A stretch of 64,000 bases of DNA from Escherichia coli (GTDB lineage Bacteria; Pseudomonadota; Gammaproteobacteria; Enterobacterales; Enterobacteriaceae): the NCBI RefSeq assembly GCF_050320075.1, contig NZ_CP190018.1, one strand, 5' to 3'. Shown one piece after another: positions 58,372 to 64,000 of this stretch; within the stretch, counting starts at the first letter, position 1, and each line of letters opens with the position of its first letter. The translations under genes were made by a program, and so were the position numbers. Below the pieces are notes generated by a model. That model searched no databases, was not told the DNA's origin, and saw only the letters and a list, made by a program, of their open reading frames with translations.

Positions 58372-59804
58372 TGCAGGTTTTACATGTATGTTCAGAGATG
58401 TTCCCGCTGCTTAAAACCGGCGGTCTGGCTGATGTTATTGGGGCATTACCCGCAGCACAAATCGCAGACGGCGTTGACGCTCGCGTACTGTTGCCTGCAT
58501 TTCCCGATATTCGCCGTGGCGTGACCGATGCGCAGGTAGTATCCCGTCGTGATACCTTCGCCGGACATATCACGCTGTTGTTCGGTCATTACAACGGGGT
58601 TGGCATTTACCTGATTGACGCGCCGCATCTCTATGATCGTCCGGGAAGCCCGTATCACGATACCAACTTATTTGCCTATACCGACAACGTGTTGCGTTTT
58701 GCGCTGCTGGGGTGGGTTGGGGCAGAAATGGCCAGCGGGCTTGACCCATTCTGGCGTCCTGATGTGGTGCATGCGCACGACTGGCATGCAGGCCTTGCGC
58801 CTGCGTATCTGGCGGCGCGCGGGCGTCCGGCGAAGTCGGTGTTTACTGTGCACAACCTGGCCTATCAAGGCATGTTTTATGCACATCACATGAATGACAT
58901 CCAATTGCCATGGTCGTTCTTTAATATTCATGGGCTGGAATTCAACGGACAAATCTCTTTCCTGAAGGCCGGTCTGTACTATGCCGATCACATTACGGCA
59001 GTCAGCCCAACCTACGCTCGCGAGATCACCGAACCGCAGTTTGCCTACGGTATGGAAGGTCTGTTGCAACAGCGTCACCGTGAAGGGCGTCTTTCCGGCG
59101 TACTGAACGGCGTGGACGAGAAAATCTGGAGTCCAGAGACGGACTTACTGTTGGCCTCGCGTTACACCCGCGATACGTTGGAAGATAAAGCGGAAAATAA
59201 GCGCCAGTTACAAATCGCAATGGGGCTTAAGGTTGACGATAAAGTGCCGCTTTTTGCAGTGGTGAGCCGTCTGACCAGCCAGAAAGGTCTCGACCTGGTG
59301 CTGGAGGCCTTACCGGGTCTTCTGGAGCAGGGCGGGCAACTGGCGCTACTCGGCGCGGGCGATCCGGTGCTGCAGGAAGGTTTCCTTGCGGCGGCAGCGG
59401 AATACCCCGGCCAGGTGGGCGTTCAGATTGGCTATCACGAAGCATTTTCGCATCGCATTATGGGCGGCGCGGACGTCATTCTGGTGCCCAGTCGTTTTGA
59501 ACCGTGCGGCTTAACGCAACTTTATGGATTGAAGTACGGTACGCTGCCGTTAGTGCGGCGCACCGGTGGGCTTGCTGATACGGTTTCTGATTGTTCTCTT
59601 GAGAACCTTGCAGATGGCGTCGCCAGTGGGTTTGTCTTTGAAGATAGTAATGCCTGGTCGCTGTTACGGGCTATTCGACGTGCTTTTGTACTGTGGTCTC
59701 GTCCTTCACTGTGGCGGTTTGTGCAACGTCAGGCTATGGCAATGGATTTTAGCTGGCAGGTCGCGGCGAAGTCGTACCGTGAGCTTTACTATCGCTTGAA
59801 ATAG
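58371..59804 (+). CDS. glgA: Glycogen synthase GlgA
   Basis: 477 aa; N-terminal KTGGLADV motif. Confidence 0.95.
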
Positions 59805-62270
<2,466 letters not shown>

Positions 62271-62285
62271 GTTCGCTAAAAAACA

Positions 62286-62313
62286 GAACGGGGCCAAAAG
62301 GTCCCGTTTTTTT
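62286..62313 (+). terminator. glgP rho-independent terminator
   Basis: aacggggcc aaaa ggtcccgtt hairpin followed by tttttttt. Confidence 0.75.
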
Positions 62314-62386
62314 TCGCCTTTATTTAGGAAAAGTGTCCAGAGGGGGCGAGGGTTATCGGGGAGTATAATTTCGCCATTCAGCAAGA

Positions 62387-63904
62387 ATGGAAAGAATAAT
62401 GCAAAACGGAAAATGGATTTTGACCTCGCTGGTAATGACTTTTTTTGGCATCCCCATACTGGCGCAATTTTTGGCAGCGGTTGTTGCCATGCTGGGGGCC
62501 GGGCTTGCCGCTATTCTTGAGTTTTGCAATTTACTCTTTACACCAACAATTTATCTTCTACTCAACGTCTTTATGCTGACGCTGGGCGCATTACTGCTAT
62601 TTTTCTCTGGGCGAGTGTGGGCGGGCGATAGCGCACCAGAAAACAGAGAAATAGCCGCCTGGCGACAATGTCTTTTTTTAGTTCCCGCTTTATTAACCCT
62701 GGTTGGCTGGATAATCACGCTACATCTGGCAGATTATCAATTTCGCCAGATGGGAGCCGGTTGGTTGGCAAACCTTATGCTTCCCTGGTTGGGCGTTTTT
62801 ACAGTCTCATTCGTCGGTGGTGAGTACTGGTGGATAGTCATTATTCCCGTTGGCGCGCATATCAGTTTTTCACTGGGATACGGCTGGCCGACCAGACACC
62901 CTTTAACCGGCACCTCCGGTCTACGTTGCCGTAATTTACTTCTGTTCATTCTTCTCTTACTGGGTATTGTCGCTGGTTATCAGGCTTATTTATATAAACA
63001 GCTTAATCCCGGCGTCGGTGTGCGTGAAAATATTGATACCTGGGCCTGGCGACCCGATAAACTTAATAATCAACTGACGCCACTGCGTGGTAAACCACAA
63101 ATTCAATTTACGCAAAACTGGCCGCGACTCGATGGCGCTACGGCGGCGTACCCCATTTATGCCTCTGCATTTTATGCATTAAGTGTAATACCAGAGGATT
63201 TTCACGTTTGGGATTATCTGGATAACTCTCGTACGCAAGAAGCATATAACAAAATCGTTAACGGTGATGCCGATATTATTTTCGTGGCGCAACCTTCCGA
63301 TGGGCAAAAAAAACGCGCTGAGAAATCGGGCGTCACTTTGCTGTACACGCCATTTGCCCGTGAAGCGTTTGTTTTCATCGTCAATGCGGATAATCCGGTT
63401 AATTCCCTGACTGAACAACAAGTGCGTGACATTTTTAGTGGCGCAATTACCAACTGGCGCACGGTTGGCGGTAACGATCAGGAGATCCAGACCTGGCAAC
63501 GCCCGGAAGACTCTGGCAGCCAGACAGTGATGCAATCGCAGGTCATGAAAAATGTCCGCATGATCTCGCCGCAGGAAACCGAAGTGGCAAGCATGATGGA
63601 GGGAATGATTAAAGTCGTTGCCGAATACCGTAATACAAACAACGCAATAGGCTACACCTTCCGCTATTACGCAACACAAATGAATGCCGATAAAAATATA
63701 AAACTGCTAGCGATTAACGGTATTGCACCGACTGCAGAAAATATTCGCAATGGCAAATATCCCTATGTCGTCGATGCATTTATGGTAACGCGGGACAATA
63801 TGACGTCAGAAACACAAAAACTGGTTGAATGGTTTTTAACGCCGCAGGGGCAGAGTCTGGTGGAAGATGTGGGCTATGTGCCGCTGTATCCAACAATGAA
63901 ATAA
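62387..63904 (+). CDS. Membrane protein with N-terminal multi-TM domain and C-terminal PstS-like periplasmic binding (PBP-like) domain; intact yzgL-like gene
   Basis: 505-aa ORF; hydrophobic N-terminal ~200 aa then soluble domain; occupies the position of the short yzgL pseudogene downstream of glgP in K-12 (my recollection). Confidence 0.6.
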   Translation: MERIMQNGKWILTSLVMTFFGIPILAQFLAAVVAMLGAGLAAILEFCNLLFTPTIYLLLNVFMLTLGALLLFFSGRVWAGDSAPENREIAAWRQCLFLVPALLTLVGWIITLHLADYQFRQMGAGWLANLMLPWLGVFTVSFVGGEYWWIVIIPVGAHISFSLGYGWPTRHPLTGTSGLRCRNLLLFILLLLGIVAGYQAYLYKQLNPGVGVRENIDTWAWRPDKLNNQLTPLRGKPQIQFTQNWPRLDGATAAYPIYASAFYALSVIPEDFHVWDYLDNSRTQEAYNKIVNGDADIIFVAQPSDGQKKRAEKSGVTLLYTPFAREAFVFIVNADNPVNSLTEQQVRDIFSGAITNWRTVGGNDQEIQTWQRPEDSGSQTVMQSQVMKNVRMISPQETEVASMMEGMIKVVAEYRNTNNAIGYTFRYYATQMNADKNIKLLAINGIAPTAENIRNGKYPYVVDAFMVTRDNMTSETQKLVEWFLTPQGQSLVEDVGYVPLYPTMK

Positions 63905-63929
63905 CGCTCGAGAGAAAGGAATCAGCGCA

Positions 63930-64000
63930 ATGAATAAATTCACCTGTGTTTTACTATTAGGTACGGCGCTACTGGCGGGATGTGTCGACCGGGAAGGGTA
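63930..64000 (+). CDS. 5' end of a lipoprotein gene (partial, runs off the window)
   Basis: atgaataaattcacctgtgttttactattaggtacggcgctactggcgggatgtgtc encodes MNKFTCVLLLGTALLAGCV with lipobox LLAGC; only 23 codons visible. Confidence 0.3.
   Translation, partial: MNKFTCVLLLGTALLAGCVDREG

Overview
This window is Escherichia coli chromosome, read in the opposite orientation to the K-12 map, running from the rhsB element through nikABCDE-nikR, zntA, ftsYEX, rpoH, livJ/livKHMGF, ugpBAECQ, ggt, an IS1 copy, ryhB, gntRKU and asd to glgBXCAP. Gene content is almost entirely conserved core genes that I recognise by protein sequence; identifications and coordinates come from reading the ORF track and sequence, with no database search run. 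The main finding is a two-gene insertion of about 3.4 kb between the convergent gntU and yhgN genes (47397-50695): a RecQ-family helicase fused to a ComF-type phosphoribosyltransferase-like domain, translationally coupled to a DprA-like protein. From memory this matches the PsyrTA/RqlHI toxin-antitoxin and anti-phage family, so it is probably a known family rather than an undescribed one, but I cannot confirm that here. Other differences from the K-12 order as I recall it are: an IS1 without target-site duplication that truncates an Hcp-domain gene; a 248-aa membrane-anchored ORF between livF and ugpB; an intact 505-aa yzgL-like gene; and an Rhs C-terminal tip with a signal-peptide-bearing downstream ORF.
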